DNA from: an uncultured Candidatus Saccharibacteria bacterium
Lineage (GTDB): Bacteria > Patescibacteriota > WWE3 > 2-01-FULL-39-13
Length of the DNA stretch: 64,000 nucleotides
Assembly (NCBI GenBank): GCA_964370865.1
Contig: CAYJKF010000002.1
Location: 84,719 to 148,718, forward strand
Direction: 5' to 3'
Position numbers and translations under genes: made by a program. Below the pieces are notes generated by a model that searched no databases, was not told where the DNA came from, and saw only the letters and a program-made list of their open reading frames with translations. Of the stretch, positions 10,082 to 19,310 are shown piece after piece (the stretch's first letter is position 1; every line of letters starts with the position of its first letter).

Positions 10082-10792
10082 ATGCTTGAAAACGAAATCC
10101 AGAAAGAGATACTGTCGATTTGTAGTTTTATTCCTAATGGAGCTAAATACTCAGAGCTAAAACCACAAAGTATAAAAATCGAAAATGATTTGTTTAATTA
10201 CCATCTACAATATCTTGTAAAAAATTCTCTCCTGAAAAAGGAAAATGCTCTATATTTCTTAACAGAAAAAGGTAAATCGCTAGTTACAAATATTGACCAC
10301 GTAAGTAAAACACTTTCTGGAAATTATAAAGTTAGTGTATACGTATGTCCCGTTATCGATAACAAAATACTCTTATATAAAAGATTAAAGCAACCTCAAT
10401 ACGGATATACTGGTTTTATTTCTGGAAAAATTAAATATGGTGATACGATATTGGATACAGCAAAACGTGAATTTAAGGAGGAAACAGATTTAGAGGCAGA
10501 CTTCAAGATCATCGGAAGTATGAGACAGATTAGAAAAAATAGTGAAGGTGAAGTTATTGAGGACGGGATTTTCTATATTTGTTACACAGATAAGATATTT
10601 GGTAATTTAACCGAGAGTAGTAAAGAGGGTGAGTATTTTTGGACAAATGTTAATGAGGTGAGTGCATTGGAAAAAATATTTAAACCAAGTCTTGAAATAG
10701 GAGTTAAGGAAATTGAGAAACGTCTTAATGGAACTACTTCATGGGACAATCAATTCATATATGAGCTTCAGCCTGAACCAGAAGATTATTAA
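10082..10792 (+). CDS. Nudix hydrolase with an N-terminal winged-helix-like domain
   Basis: Nudix box GKIKYGDTILDTAKREFKEETDLE in the C-terminal half. N-terminal ~70 aa (YLVKNSLLKKENALYFLTEKGKSL) resembles a wHTH. Confidence 0.7.
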   Translation: MLENEIQKEILSICSFIPNGAKYSELKPQSIKIENDLFNYHLQYLVKNSLLKKENALYFLTEKGKSLVTNIDHVSKTLSGNYKVSVYVCPVIDNKILLYKRLKQPQYGYTGFISGKIKYGDTILDTAKREFKEETDLEADFKIIGSMRQIRKNSEGEVIEDGIFYICYTDKIFGNLTESSKEGEYFWTNVNEVSALEKIFKPSLEIGVKEIEKRLNGTTSWDNQFIYELQPEPEDY

Positions 10793-10957
10793 ACAATAAG
10801 CATAGAATTCACTAAACAACATTGCCTTCTCACAGCTCTACGGCGTTTTTTCCCATTATTTAAAGCAAATCTACAGTCAGCATAGAATCCTACTAAAGTT
10901 GTTTTCGGGTGTTCTTCGTGTTCACACAATACTCTTATTGCCTTAATATACCTAGTA

Positions 10958-10990
10958 AGTGGTGATGAATGGTGAATAGTGGTGATGAAG
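10958..10990 (+). promoter_or_regulatory. Putative MraZ operator: three direct TGGTGA repeats with exact 10-bp phasing (starts 10960, 10970, 10980) upstream of mraZ
   Basis: Sequence aGTGGTGAtgaaTGGTGAataGTGGTGAtgaag lies 64-96 bp upstream of the mraZ start. MraZ operators in other bacteria are direct GTG-containing repeats at 10-bp spacing. Confidence 0.5.
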
Positions 10991-11053
10991 CACATTTAAA
11001 TTAACACAACGATTAGAAACCACGCAAGTATTTAGGTTTCCTGCCAATTTCGC

Positions 11054-11494
11054 ATGATTATAGGCGAGCATAAACAAAAAATAGGGGATAAAAATAGGAT
11101 CGCTTTCCCTAAAAAATTTAGAGAAGAGCTAGGAAACAAGCTAATAATAACTCGTGGTTACGAAGGGTGTCTCATAGTCATGTCACCTGCCCAGTGGGAG
11201 GAGATGACCCAAGATTCAATCAAGGGTCCATTCGTCTCTTCATTGATTAGAGACACCCGACGTTTTCTATTCGCCGGAGCAAGCGAAATCGAGCTTGATT
11301 CACAAGGACGTTTTGTAATTCCACCTTTTTTAATGGATTATTCAAATTTATCCCAAGAAGGAGTTTTTCTAGGACTCGGTAGATGGGTAGAACTTTGGAA
11401 TTCCGATAACTGGAATGCAAAACTAAAAGATATTGGTGACTCAAGTGGTGATGTAGCAGATCGTCTTGCCAAAACTGGAGATCAAGATGTATAA
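11054..11494 (+). CDS. mraZ: Transcriptional regulator MraZ
   Basis: MIIGEHKQKIGDKNRIAFPKKFREEL plus a second DXXXR-type repeat (LDSQGRFVIPPFL). First gene of the dcw cluster. Confidence 0.9.
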   Translation: MIIGEHKQKIGDKNRIAFPKKFREELGNKLIITRGYEGCLIVMSPAQWEEMTQDSIKGPFVSSLIRDTRRFLFAGASEIELDSQGRFVIPPFLMDYSNLSQEGVFLGLGRWVELWNSDNWNAKLKDIGDSSGDVADRLAKTGDQDV

Positions 11495-12350
11495 AACGGA
11501 TCATTTTCCAGTCATGTATAAAGAAGCATTGGATGCACTGAACGTTCAAGCAAATGAGCTTTATATTGATTGTAATTTGGGTCTTGGTGGACATACTTCT
11601 CTACTTTTGGAAAGAGGAGCAAGAGTAATTGGGATTGATGCCGATCATGAAGCAATTGAACATTGTAGAAAAAGATTTGAGAAGGAATTAGCAAGTGGCA
11701 CATTAAAAATTCTTCATATGAATTTCAGTAAAATAAATGAAATTCCTCTAGAAGACAAAGTAGCAGGAATTTTATATGATCTTGGATTAAACCTAGGTCA
11801 GCTTAAAGATTCTGAGCGTGGCTTTAGCTTTCATGACACTGGTGAACTCGATATGAGAATGGATACAACACTTGGCGTGAAGGCAATCGATCTAATAAGA
11901 TTGCTGAATGAAGATCAATTAAGCAAATTAATCTTTGAATACGGCGAAGATCCACAAGCCAGAATTTTCTCAAAAGCGATAAAATTTGCTGTAAAAAATG
12001 GAAAAATCCGAACTCCTTCGGATTTAGCAGAGGTAATTAGAAAAGCCTCAAAATATCCTTCCAGTAAATTACATCCTGCTACAAGAACATTTCAAGCATT
12101 ACGAATTGCAGTTAATAGTGAACTTGATTCTTTGCGAGAATCACTAGCTAATGCGATTCCGCTACTAAAACCGAGTGGCCGGCTAGTAATCATCAGTTTT
12201 CATTCACTCGAAGATGAGATATCAAAATCATTGGCGGAATCGCAGCAGCTTATATCAATAACAAAGAAGCCAGTAGAAGCGTCGCTTGATGAAGTCGAAA
12301 AAAATCCTCCATCAAGAAGCGCAAAAATGAGAGTCTATGAAAAACAATAA
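11487..12350 (+). CDS. rsmH: 16S rRNA (cytosine1402-N4)-methyltransferase RsmH (MraW)
   Basis: HFPVMYKEALDAL...YIDCNLGLGGHTS...GIDADHEA. Start chosen at the ATG overlapping the mraZ stop (ATGTATAAA). The ORF track gives an upstream alternative at 11466. Confidence 0.85.
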   Translation: MYKTDHFPVMYKEALDALNVQANELYIDCNLGLGGHTSLLLERGARVIGIDADHEAIEHCRKRFEKELASGTLKILHMNFSKINEIPLEDKVAGILYDLGLNLGQLKDSERGFSFHDTGELDMRMDTTLGVKAIDLIRLLNEDQLSKLIFEYGEDPQARIFSKAIKFAVKNGKIRTPSDLAEVIRKASKYPSSKLHPATRTFQALRIAVNSELDSLRESLANAIPLLKPSGRLVIISFHSLEDEISKSLAESQQLISITKKPVEASLDEVEKNPPSRSAKMRVYEKQ

Positions 12351-12621
12351 TTATCTAAAAATCTTAAATATATTACTCTTTATTGGATTAGTCCTAAGTT
12401 TTGCAGGAAGCCTGTATATGACAGATAAAGTCGCCTTAGCAGGAGCTAATTTAGGCAATATCGAAAGTAAAATTGATGATCAAGAAAAATATAATTATTA
12501 TCTAACAACCGAATTAAATCGATTAAATTCTACTGCAGTTTTATATGATAGAATCCAAACAGCTCAGTTTGTTAAAGCAAGCGTAGACTATATGGATGTT
12601 CCAGAATACGCATATAGGTAA
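12337..12621 (+). CDS. ftsL: FtsL-like cell division protein (septum formation initiator family)
   Basis: 94 aa with a single N-terminal TM helix and a coiled-coil. Lies in the conserved position between rsmH and ftsI. Confidence 0.55.
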   Translation: MKNNNYLKILNILLFIGLVLSFAGSLYMTDKVALAGANLGNIESKIDDQEKYNYYLTTELNRLNSTAVLYDRIQTAQFVKASVDYMDVPEYAYR

Positions 12622-12629
12622 AACCCTTT

Positions 12630-14333
12630 ATGAGGAAATTCAGCGACAGTACAAATTTTCGATTGGCACTGCCAAAATACTTCCTATATTTCGCAACTCT
12701 ATTTATTATTTTCAGACTTTTTCAAATCCAAGTACTAAATACTTCAAGATACAGAGCAGAAGCAAAGCAACAACAATGGAAGGGAAATACAATCCCTTCG
12801 AAAAGAGGCACAATCTATTCTTCTGACAAGTACCCGATTACTCAAAGTATTCAAAAGTACGATTTATATTACGAAGCCTCTGAGAAAACAGATGAAACTG
12901 AACTAATCGCTGGTCTTGATACAGTAATCGAATATGATAGGAATGAGGTTAGAAATATTCTCTTGAAGGAAACTCGAAGAGCCAAATTATTAACAAATCT
13001 TGATTACCAGCAAAAAACAATAATAGAAGGGCTTAAAATCCCAGGAGTAATAATCGAGCCTTACTACGTTAGGGAATATCCAGAAGATGATATGTTAGCC
13101 CATTTGCTTGGATTTGTCGGAAAAGACAAATATGGATCCGATGTAGGATACTACGGATTAGAGCAATACTATGATGGGGATTTATCTGGTACGCCTGGCA
13201 ATAAATTCCAAGAACAATCTGCATCAGGCAACATAATTCTATGGGGAAATACAGAAATTATTGAACCCGTTAATGGAAGTGATTTACATATCACTATCGA
13301 TCGTAATGTTCAGTTCTTAGCCGAGCAGAAAATAAAACATGGGGTTGATATATATAATGCAAAATCAGGAAGCGTTATAGTAGTCGAGCCTAATACAGGA
13401 AAAATTCTCGCGATGGCAAATTATCCCGTGTTTGACCTAGATAAATATGCGGATTTTGTCGATGAGAAAAATTTATTAAGAAATTCTGCAATAGGAACCG
13501 TTTACGAGGCGGGTTCTGTCATTAAACCAATTACTATGTCTTCAGCGATGGATGCAGGAAGTATTAGCATGAATTCTGTATATAACGATACTGGTCCAAA
13601 GATTTATTCAGGTCATAAGATAGACAATTGGGATGGTAAACACCATGGTGAAGAAACGATGACCGAGATTCTTCAGCACTCAAATAATATGGGAATGGCG
13701 TGGATTGGGACCCAAATTGGAGATAAGGCTTTGCTGGACTATTTTGCCAATTTTTATTTAGGGAAGAAATTATCAATTGATCTTGATGGAGAAGAGCGTG
13801 GATTAGTTTATTCGAATCCTCCACTTAAGGAAATTGAATTAGCAAATGCGTCATTTGGGCAAGGTATTTCGGTAACACCGCTCCAAGTTGCAATGTCATT
13901 CTCAGCAATAGCAAATAAAGGTTACTTGATGAAGCCGTATGTTGTGGAAGAAGTATCGGGTCCGGGTGGTTCCACTAAAACTGAGCCTGAAATTTTATCT
14001 AGACCGATTAGTACACAGACCGCGGATGAGATGGTGGGAATGTTAACAGAGGCTGTATCTGGCGGTGAGGCTAAGTTTTTTGTATCAAAAAAATACCAAA
14101 TCGCCGGAAAAACAGGAACAGCTCAAGTTCCTGTTTCTGGTGGTTACGATCCTAGTAGAACTAACGCGACTTTTGTTGGATTTTTCCCCTCATATAGAAA
14201 TTTTGTAATGTTAATTAGACTTGAAGAACCATCATCACCAAGTGGCTATGCAGCAGAGACCGCGGTACCTCTTTGGATGTCTTTAGCTGAAGAATTAGCA
14301 AACTACTACAATTTGCGACCTGATAAAGAATAA
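12630..14333 (+). CDS. ftsI: Peptidoglycan D,D-transpeptidase FtsI (class B PBP)
   Basis: N-terminal TM anchor. Transpeptidase motifs SVIKP (SxxK), HSNN (SxN) and KTGTA (KTG). 567 aa. Confidence 0.9.
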   Translation: MRKFSDSTNFRLALPKYFLYFATLFIIFRLFQIQVLNTSRYRAEAKQQQWKGNTIPSKRGTIYSSDKYPITQSIQKYDLYYEASEKTDETELIAGLDTVIEYDRNEVRNILLKETRRAKLLTNLDYQQKTIIEGLKIPGVIIEPYYVREYPEDDMLAHLLGFVGKDKYGSDVGYYGLEQYYDGDLSGTPGNKFQEQSASGNIILWGNTEIIEPVNGSDLHITIDRNVQFLAEQKIKHGVDIYNAKSGSVIVVEPNTGKILAMANYPVFDLDKYADFVDEKNLLRNSAIGTVYEAGSVIKPITMSSAMDAGSISMNSVYNDTGPKIYSGHKIDNWDGKHHGEETMTEILQHSNNMGMAWIGTQIGDKALLDYFANFYLGKKLSIDLDGEERGLVYSNPPLKEIELANASFGQGISVTPLQVAMSFSAIANKGYLMKPYVVEEVSGPGGSTKTEPEILSRPISTQTADEMVGMLTEAVSGGEAKFFVSKKYQIAGKTGTAQVPVSGGYDPSRTNATFVGFFPSYRNFVMLIRLEEPSSPSGYAAETAVPLWMSLAEELANYYNLRPDKE

Positions 14334-14349
14334 TTTAGTATTACACTGT

Positions 14350-15552
14350 ATGGATTTAGCTTCTACATATTTAATAAAGGGCGGTTGGTCTGCGCATGGG
14401 GATGTTGAGGTGTCTGGCGATACAAATTCCGCCATTGCAAATACATGCTTAGCATTACTTACTGGCGAAAAGAAAATCATTATAAATGCTCCTCGAACAA
14501 ATATTTTTTTAGCGTTTTTGAAGAACTTAGAATTATTAGGTGTTGAAATTAAATGGATTTCAATTTCTCAGATTAGTGTTGATGTTGATTGGAATGTATT
14601 TGATCCTGATTTTGTTCAATATTTGCCTGATTTAGTTCCCACTTTTTCAGAGATATTTATAAACCTAGTATTAGCAAAAAAATATTCAGTAAAAGTTCCG
14701 CTAAAATTTAGGACCCATTTACCAAGATATAAACGATTGGGTTGTATTGTCGAATTCTCTGATGATAATTATTTCTTAATTCAGGCACCAATACATAACA
14801 ACGTAGCTTTGCCCAAATATCATATACATTCTTTTCAAAAAGATTTCTACGCTTTATTGAATTATTCTCTATTAAAATATATTTATCCTAAAATACATAT
14901 TGATTTTGATAATAAGCCACACCCACTTAGGATTTTTAGCGACCAAGAATATATGAAGCAAGATAAATATAGCGTATCCGCAAATGTTTCAGAGGTGAAT
15001 TTTTATGCGATGCTTGCAGTATTAACTGATGGCGAATTAAATATTAAAGGGGTAGATTTAGAGCTTTCATTAGGTTTTCTAATGGATTTAGATGAGATAG
15101 GGGCGACTTATGAAGTAAAATCGAAAGTATTGAAAATCTGGCAAGACTTAAAGTTTTTAAAGCCAAAGTATAACTATATATCCTCAAATCCAGATGAATT
15201 AGGATATCTTTTACTATTTCATACTCTATACGGCGAGAAAAAAATTAGTATCACTTGTAGGGATTCTTTTGATATTAGAGATTTAATTAAAACGTTGAAT
15301 ATAATGGGTTGTTATATCAGTTATGAGCAACTACAGGATAAAATATTAGAATTAACAGTTAAGCCATCTGTTTTAGTCTCATTTAAATTGCCAATTCCTA
15401 ATGGTAGATGGGGAGGAGTCGTTTTAGCCGCAGCTATCGCTTACATTGGAAACAGCATAGTAACTGATATTGAGAGAATTTCTGACTACATTCCATTCTT
15501 AGAAGAAACACTTGAAAATCTTGATCTAAAATTAATTCCTAGAGCAAGTTAA
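14350..15552 (+). CDS. Divergent MurA/AroA (enolpyruvyl transferase, EPT) fold protein, probably non-catalytic
   Basis: The N-terminus (LIKGGWSAHGDVEVSGDTNSAIANTCLALLTGEKKIIINAPRTNIFLAFLKNLELLGVEIKW) aligns position-for-position with the MurA N-terminus (L.GeV.iSGaKNaaLpil.AaLLae.pv.i.NvP.l.Dv......L..LGa.v). Thr replaces MurA Lys22. No PGGC(T)IG Cys115 loop was found. Confidence 0.45.
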   Translation: MDLASTYLIKGGWSAHGDVEVSGDTNSAIANTCLALLTGEKKIIINAPRTNIFLAFLKNLELLGVEIKWISISQISVDVDWNVFDPDFVQYLPDLVPTFSEIFINLVLAKKYSVKVPLKFRTHLPRYKRLGCIVEFSDDNYFLIQAPIHNNVALPKYHIHSFQKDFYALLNYSLLKYIYPKIHIDFDNKPHPLRIFSDQEYMKQDKYSVSANVSEVNFYAMLAVLTDGELNIKGVDLELSLGFLMDLDEIGATYEVKSKVLKIWQDLKFLKPKYNYISSNPDELGYLLLFHTLYGEKKISITCRDSFDIRDLIKTLNIMGCYISYEQLQDKILELTVKPSVLVSFKLPIPNGRWGGVVLAAAIAYIGNSIVTDIERISDYIPFLEETLENLDLKLIPRAS

Positions 15553-16073
15553 ATATCCCGTAATTTAGTAATTGCCCTGTTTATAATAGTTCCAATGTTT
15601 GTTTCACTAATACTCAGAACTTCTGCAATTTTCTTATTTGAGTAGCCTTCATAAAATTTTAGTTTGATTATTACCTGTTCTCTATCTTTCAAATTCGTTA
15701 ATAAATTTTTCAAAGTAATCGAAGTTTCATCTTCAATTAACCGGTCTTCGATTGATTCTTTAGCGTCGGGAATAACATGTTCTATATCTATCTCAACGGT
15801 ATTCTTTAAAGTTCTCAAATAATCTACATATGTATTGTATGCAATTTTATATATCCACGCGGAGAAAGAGGTACCTTGCCATTTATAACCTGAAATATTC
15901 TTGAGTGCCTTTTCAAAAGTGGTGGATGCCAGGTCCTCGGCAGTATGTAAATTTCCATTCACTTTATGTTGCAAATATCTAACTACCTTTGGCCAGTAAT
16001 ATTCATATAATTTCCCAAAAGCCTTTTTGTCCTTTTTTGCCTTATTTATAAGTTTTTCTTCATTTTCAAGCAT
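15549..16073 (-). CDS. RNA polymerase sigma-70 factor, ECF subfamily
   Basis: Region 2 (YEYYWPKVVRYLQHKV...FSAWIYKIAYNTYVDYLR) and region 4 (LKFYEGYSNKKIAEVLSISETNIGTIINRAITKLR). Start chosen at ATGCTTGA, which overlaps the upstream gene's stop. The ORF track extends it to 16136. Confidence 0.85.
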   Translation of the reverse strand: MLENEEKLINKAKKDKKAFGKLYEYYWPKVVRYLQHKVNGNLHTAEDLASTTFEKALKNISGYKWQGTSFSAWIYKIAYNTYVDYLRTLKNTVEIDIEHVIPDAKESIEDRLIEDETSITLKNLLTNLKDREQVIIKLKFYEGYSNKKIAEVLSISETNIGTIINRAITKLRDI

Positions 16074-16908
16074 ATGCGTGAAGATAATTTTCAATAAAAG
16101 CTTTGATTTTAGGTTCGAAATCCCGTTTTCTTCCATAAAATATATAAGTTGTATTTGGTTTGTTTTCTATTGAATTAATTTTAGTAGGATTAGTAATTAA
16201 TATTTTGTTTTCAGGGAACATTTCTAATATGCTATTTAGGGGGATTGGATGAAAAAAATAGCAAGCGTCAACGACCATTGAACCATCTGGCAAATTAGTA
16301 AAGCGTATTCTAGGTATCGGAATGCTATTATTTCTGTCTATTTGGTTATTATTTTCGTGAAAATATTTATCAATATAAGCTAGAAGAATTGATTCATTTC
16401 CTTTGGAAATTTCCTTTATATCCTGGCTAGTTATAATTTCCGTGTTTTTTGAATATTTCTTTAGAGTTTCCATTTTTGCACTAGATTCGTCGATTAAGGA
16501 TAGAAATGGTTTAAGTATCGATATCCAGTAATTGAATATAAAAGGATTTTCATGATTTAAATCCAAAATCAACGTATGGGGGTATGGTCTAATGTAAATT
16601 AATCGCATAATCGAGATTGCAAGAAATTGAATCCAAGAGAGCATGTCACGTGGATAATATTTTTCTCCTAATATAAATAATCCAGTCGAGAATTCATTCC
16701 TTGTGGATTCTATATTACGACGTGGGTTTAAGGAAGGTGACAGATTGTTATACAAGGATTCCCGTATAAGTGTTGGAATTCTATCAGAAACAATGACTAC
16801 GATGGTTGTTTTGTGCTTTTTGATAGTAAATTGCACAATTGTTCCAATTGTCACCCTAGCAATAGTATGTTTAATATCTTTTAAACTCATAAAGTATAAT
16901 AACGTCAT
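16066..16908 (-). CDS. Hypothetical protein, translationally coupled upstream of the ECF sigma factor
   Basis: 280-aa ORF with no recognisable motif. Its stop TGA overlaps the sigma ATG within ATGCTTGA. No clear TM helix, so it does not look like a classical anti-sigma factor. Confidence 0.45.
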   Translation of the reverse strand: MTLLYFMSLKDIKHTIARVTIGTIVQFTIKKHKTTIVVIVSDRIPTLIRESLYNNLSPSLNPRRNIESTRNEFSTGLFILGEKYYPRDMLSWIQFLAISIMRLIYIRPYPHTLILDLNHENPFIFNYWISILKPFLSLIDESSAKMETLKKYSKNTEIITSQDIKEISKGNESILLAYIDKYFHENNNQIDRNNSIPIPRIRFTNLPDGSMVVDACYFFHPIPLNSILEMFPENKILITNPTKINSIENKPNTTYIFYGRKRDFEPKIKAFIENYLHAYA

Positions 16909-16957
16909 TCAACCCAACATATCACGTAGAGTTGCTATATGATTAAATTAATAGGAT

Positions 16958-18175
16958 ATGCTAAATTTACGAAAAAGAAACACCTTAAAAACAAATAAAA
17001 CTGGCCCAAACTACCTACTTATAATTAATATCCTTGTTCTAATACTTATTGGAATTCTAATGGTATATGAAGCTTCACTTGTATATGCTACCCAGCGCTT
17101 TGGGAATCGATACCATTTTTTATTTCTGCAGAGTGCTTGGATGATCGCAGGTTTGTCTGTTGGATATCTAATTTCTAGAGTTAATTTAGAAATATTAAAA
17201 AAGTTTGCCTTTTACTTGTGGATTGCGAATATTTTATTTTTGATTTTTGTTTTACTGCCCACACCTTTTTCTCCTGAAGTGTATGGAGCGAAACGTTGGA
17301 TATATTTGAATCCCGAGGGATTATTACCAGCTTTACCGTTTTTAGGACGCCTATCCTTTCAACCAAGTGAATTAGTTAAGTTTACTTCACTGTTATATTG
17401 CAGTACTTTCCTGACTTCTTCAAAAACTACATCAATTAATGATTTTAAATTTTTACTGAAATATCTTGGTATAGTTGGTGTGACAGTTGGTTTGGTCTTT
17501 TTGCAACCTAATTTTTCAACAGCAACCATTATTGGCTCAATATTAATTGCTTTATACTTTTTTGCCGGTGGTAGGCTTTATTATTTCTTAATTGGTTTAC
17601 CAACTTTAATCGGTCTTGCCTCTGCATATGTATTTTCTTCCGAATATAGGCGATTAAGAATAATGACACTATTTGAACCGGATTCAATTGATAAAAGCAG
17701 TACGGGATATCATATTAACCAAATTATGATAGCCCTAGGTTCTGGAGGATTATTTGGACTCGGCCTTGGAAAGTCTCGGCAGAAATATTCATATTTACCA
17801 GAAGTCACTGCGGATTCGCTCTTTGCCGTTATTGGCGAAGAATTAGGATTTATCGGAGCTACTTTTGTAGTTTTGTTACTTGTTGGGTTAATTTGGCAAT
17901 GTTTTGATTTGGCAGCAAAAAGTACGACTCGCTTTAACATTTTAATATGCAGCGGGGTTGGAACTTGGTTAGCTGTTCAAACATTAATTAATCTTGGTGC
18001 GATTGTTAGAGTTATACCATTAACAGGAATTCCCTTACCTTTAATCTCGTATGGGGGATCGTCAGCAATATTCCTTTTAATGGCGCTTGGTTTAGTTGTG
18101 AATATTTCCGCCGACAATAATTCACCAGATACTAACGTCTCAAAAAAAGTTAAACTGCGTACTAGTGTAAAATAA
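16958..18175 (+). CDS. ftsW: Peptidoglycan glycosyltransferase / lipid II flippase FtsW (SEDS family)
   Basis: About 10 TM helices. SEDS-like segments GYHINQIMIALGSGGLFGLGLGKS and PEVTADSLFAVIGEELGFIG. Lies in the dcw cluster. Confidence 0.85.
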   Translation: MLNLRKRNTLKTNKTGPNYLLIINILVLILIGILMVYEASLVYATQRFGNRYHFLFLQSAWMIAGLSVGYLISRVNLEILKKFAFYLWIANILFLIFVLLPTPFSPEVYGAKRWIYLNPEGLLPALPFLGRLSFQPSELVKFTSLLYCSTFLTSSKTTSINDFKFLLKYLGIVGVTVGLVFLQPNFSTATIIGSILIALYFFAGGRLYYFLIGLPTLIGLASAYVFSSEYRRLRIMTLFEPDSIDKSSTGYHINQIMIALGSGGLFGLGLGKSRQKYSYLPEVTADSLFAVIGEELGFIGATFVVLLLVGLIWQCFDLAAKSTTRFNILICSGVGTWLAVQTLINLGAIVRVIPLTGIPLPLISYGGSSAIFLLMALGLVVNISADNNSPDTNVSKKVKLRTSVK

Positions 18176-18179
18176 TTGC

Positions 18180-19310
18180 ATGGTAAAAATTGTATTTACT
18201 GGAGGTCATCATAATTCAGCACTTGTTACTCTTGATGCATTACATGAGGAATTGAATCAAGAAGGAAAAAGTCATGCTTTTTTTTGGTTAGGTAAGAAAT
18301 ACATAGACAAGGAATGCACAGTCTTATCCCCTGAATTCATTGAAGTTACAAAACGCAAAGTCGATTTTATCGAATTTAGTGCCGGAAAACTATTTCGAAC
18401 ACACTCCATTTTATACATATGGAAAGTCATAATAAATTTGGCCAAAATTCCTTTGGGTTTTATTAAAGCCTATAATATTCTAGCCCAAATAAAGCCGAAT
18501 ATTATAGTTTCGTTTGGTGGTTACCTTGCAGTTCCCGTAGCTATTATAGGAAAACTTAAAGGGATTAAAGTAGTAAGCCACGAGCAAACTGCAACCTTTG
18601 GTTTAGCAAATAAAATTATTGGTTTTGTAGCAGATGAAATCTATGTGACTTGGAAGAAGGAAATATACCCCCAATATTTTAAGAAAAAAATAATCGAAAC
18701 AGGTTTACCAACCCGAATTATCGGGCAGACTGGTGAGAAATATGCCTTTAAAAATTTAAAACCCGTTTTATATGTCTCCGGTGGAAAACTCGGATCAGAT
18801 GTAATCAATACTACGATTTTTCAATCCCTTGATACTTTATTAACAAAGGTAAACATAATTTGGTCGATAGGTTCGAATTTTGTATCTTTTTCAGAAGAAC
18901 TATTGATAGAATATTTAACAAGACACCCCAATTATCAAGGATCAATAATTTATAGTAGATACTTTAACGAACTTGAAGTCGAGAAAATCTATAGGTCATT
19001 TCATTTCGGATTATCAAGAGCAGGAGCCCATACCACATACGAGTATGCGTATTATGCAAAACCATCCATTTTGATTCCGATACCATGGTCATCAAACCAG
19101 GAACAATTGAAAAATGCACAAATGTTAGCATCTCTTGGATTAGCAGAAATCATACTTGAGGAGAACTTCAATTCCACCAAATTGGTCGAAACAATCGATA
19201 TTGTTTTAGATAAATCTAATAGAGATATGTATCCAAAATCCGTTAAGATAGAACGTGAAGGTACAAAAAAAATCTGCCATGAAATTATTAAATATATTCA
19301 AAAAGCGTAA
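18180..19310 (+). CDS. murG: Undecaprenyldiphospho-muramoylpentapeptide beta-N-acetylglucosaminyltransferase MurG
   Basis: IVFTGGHHNSALVTLDAL N-terminus (MurG G-loop-like). GT-B length of 376 aa. Position after ftsW. Divergent from canonical MurG. Confidence 0.65.
   Translation: MVKIVFTGGHHNSALVTLDALHEELNQEGKSHAFFWLGKKYIDKECTVLSPEFIEVTKRKVDFIEFSAGKLFRTHSILYIWKVIINLAKIPLGFIKAYNILAQIKPNIIVSFGGYLAVPVAIIGKLKGIKVVSHEQTATFGLANKIIGFVADEIYVTWKKEIYPQYFKKKIIETGLPTRIIGQTGEKYAFKNLKPVLYVSGGKLGSDVINTTIFQSLDTLLTKVNIIWSIGSNFVSFSEELLIEYLTRHPNYQGSIIYSRYFNELEVEKIYRSFHFGLSRAGAHTTYEYAYYAKPSILIPIPWSSNQEQLKNAQMLASLGLAEIILEENFNSTKLVETIDIVLDKSNRDMYPKSVKIEREGTKKICHEIIKYIQKA

Noticed and set aside
10958-10990. Short direct repeats GTGGTGATGAA / TGGTGAATA / GTGGTGATGAAG, considered as a possible CRISPR or satellite repeat
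   Set aside because: Only three units of 6-7 bp with 10-bp phasing. There are no unique spacers and no cas genes. Position directly upstream of mraZ fits a transcription-factor operator instead.
10789-10995. 68-aa minus-strand ORF in the NUDIX-mraZ intergenic region
   Set aside because: Overlaps the putative mraZ promoter/operator. It has an arbitrary Cys/Arg-rich composition, no RBS and no homology signal, so it is most likely a spurious ORF.
12596-12826. 76-aa ORF spanning the ftsL/ftsI junction in another frame
   Set aside because: It overlaps two well-supported genes, so it is a frame artefact.
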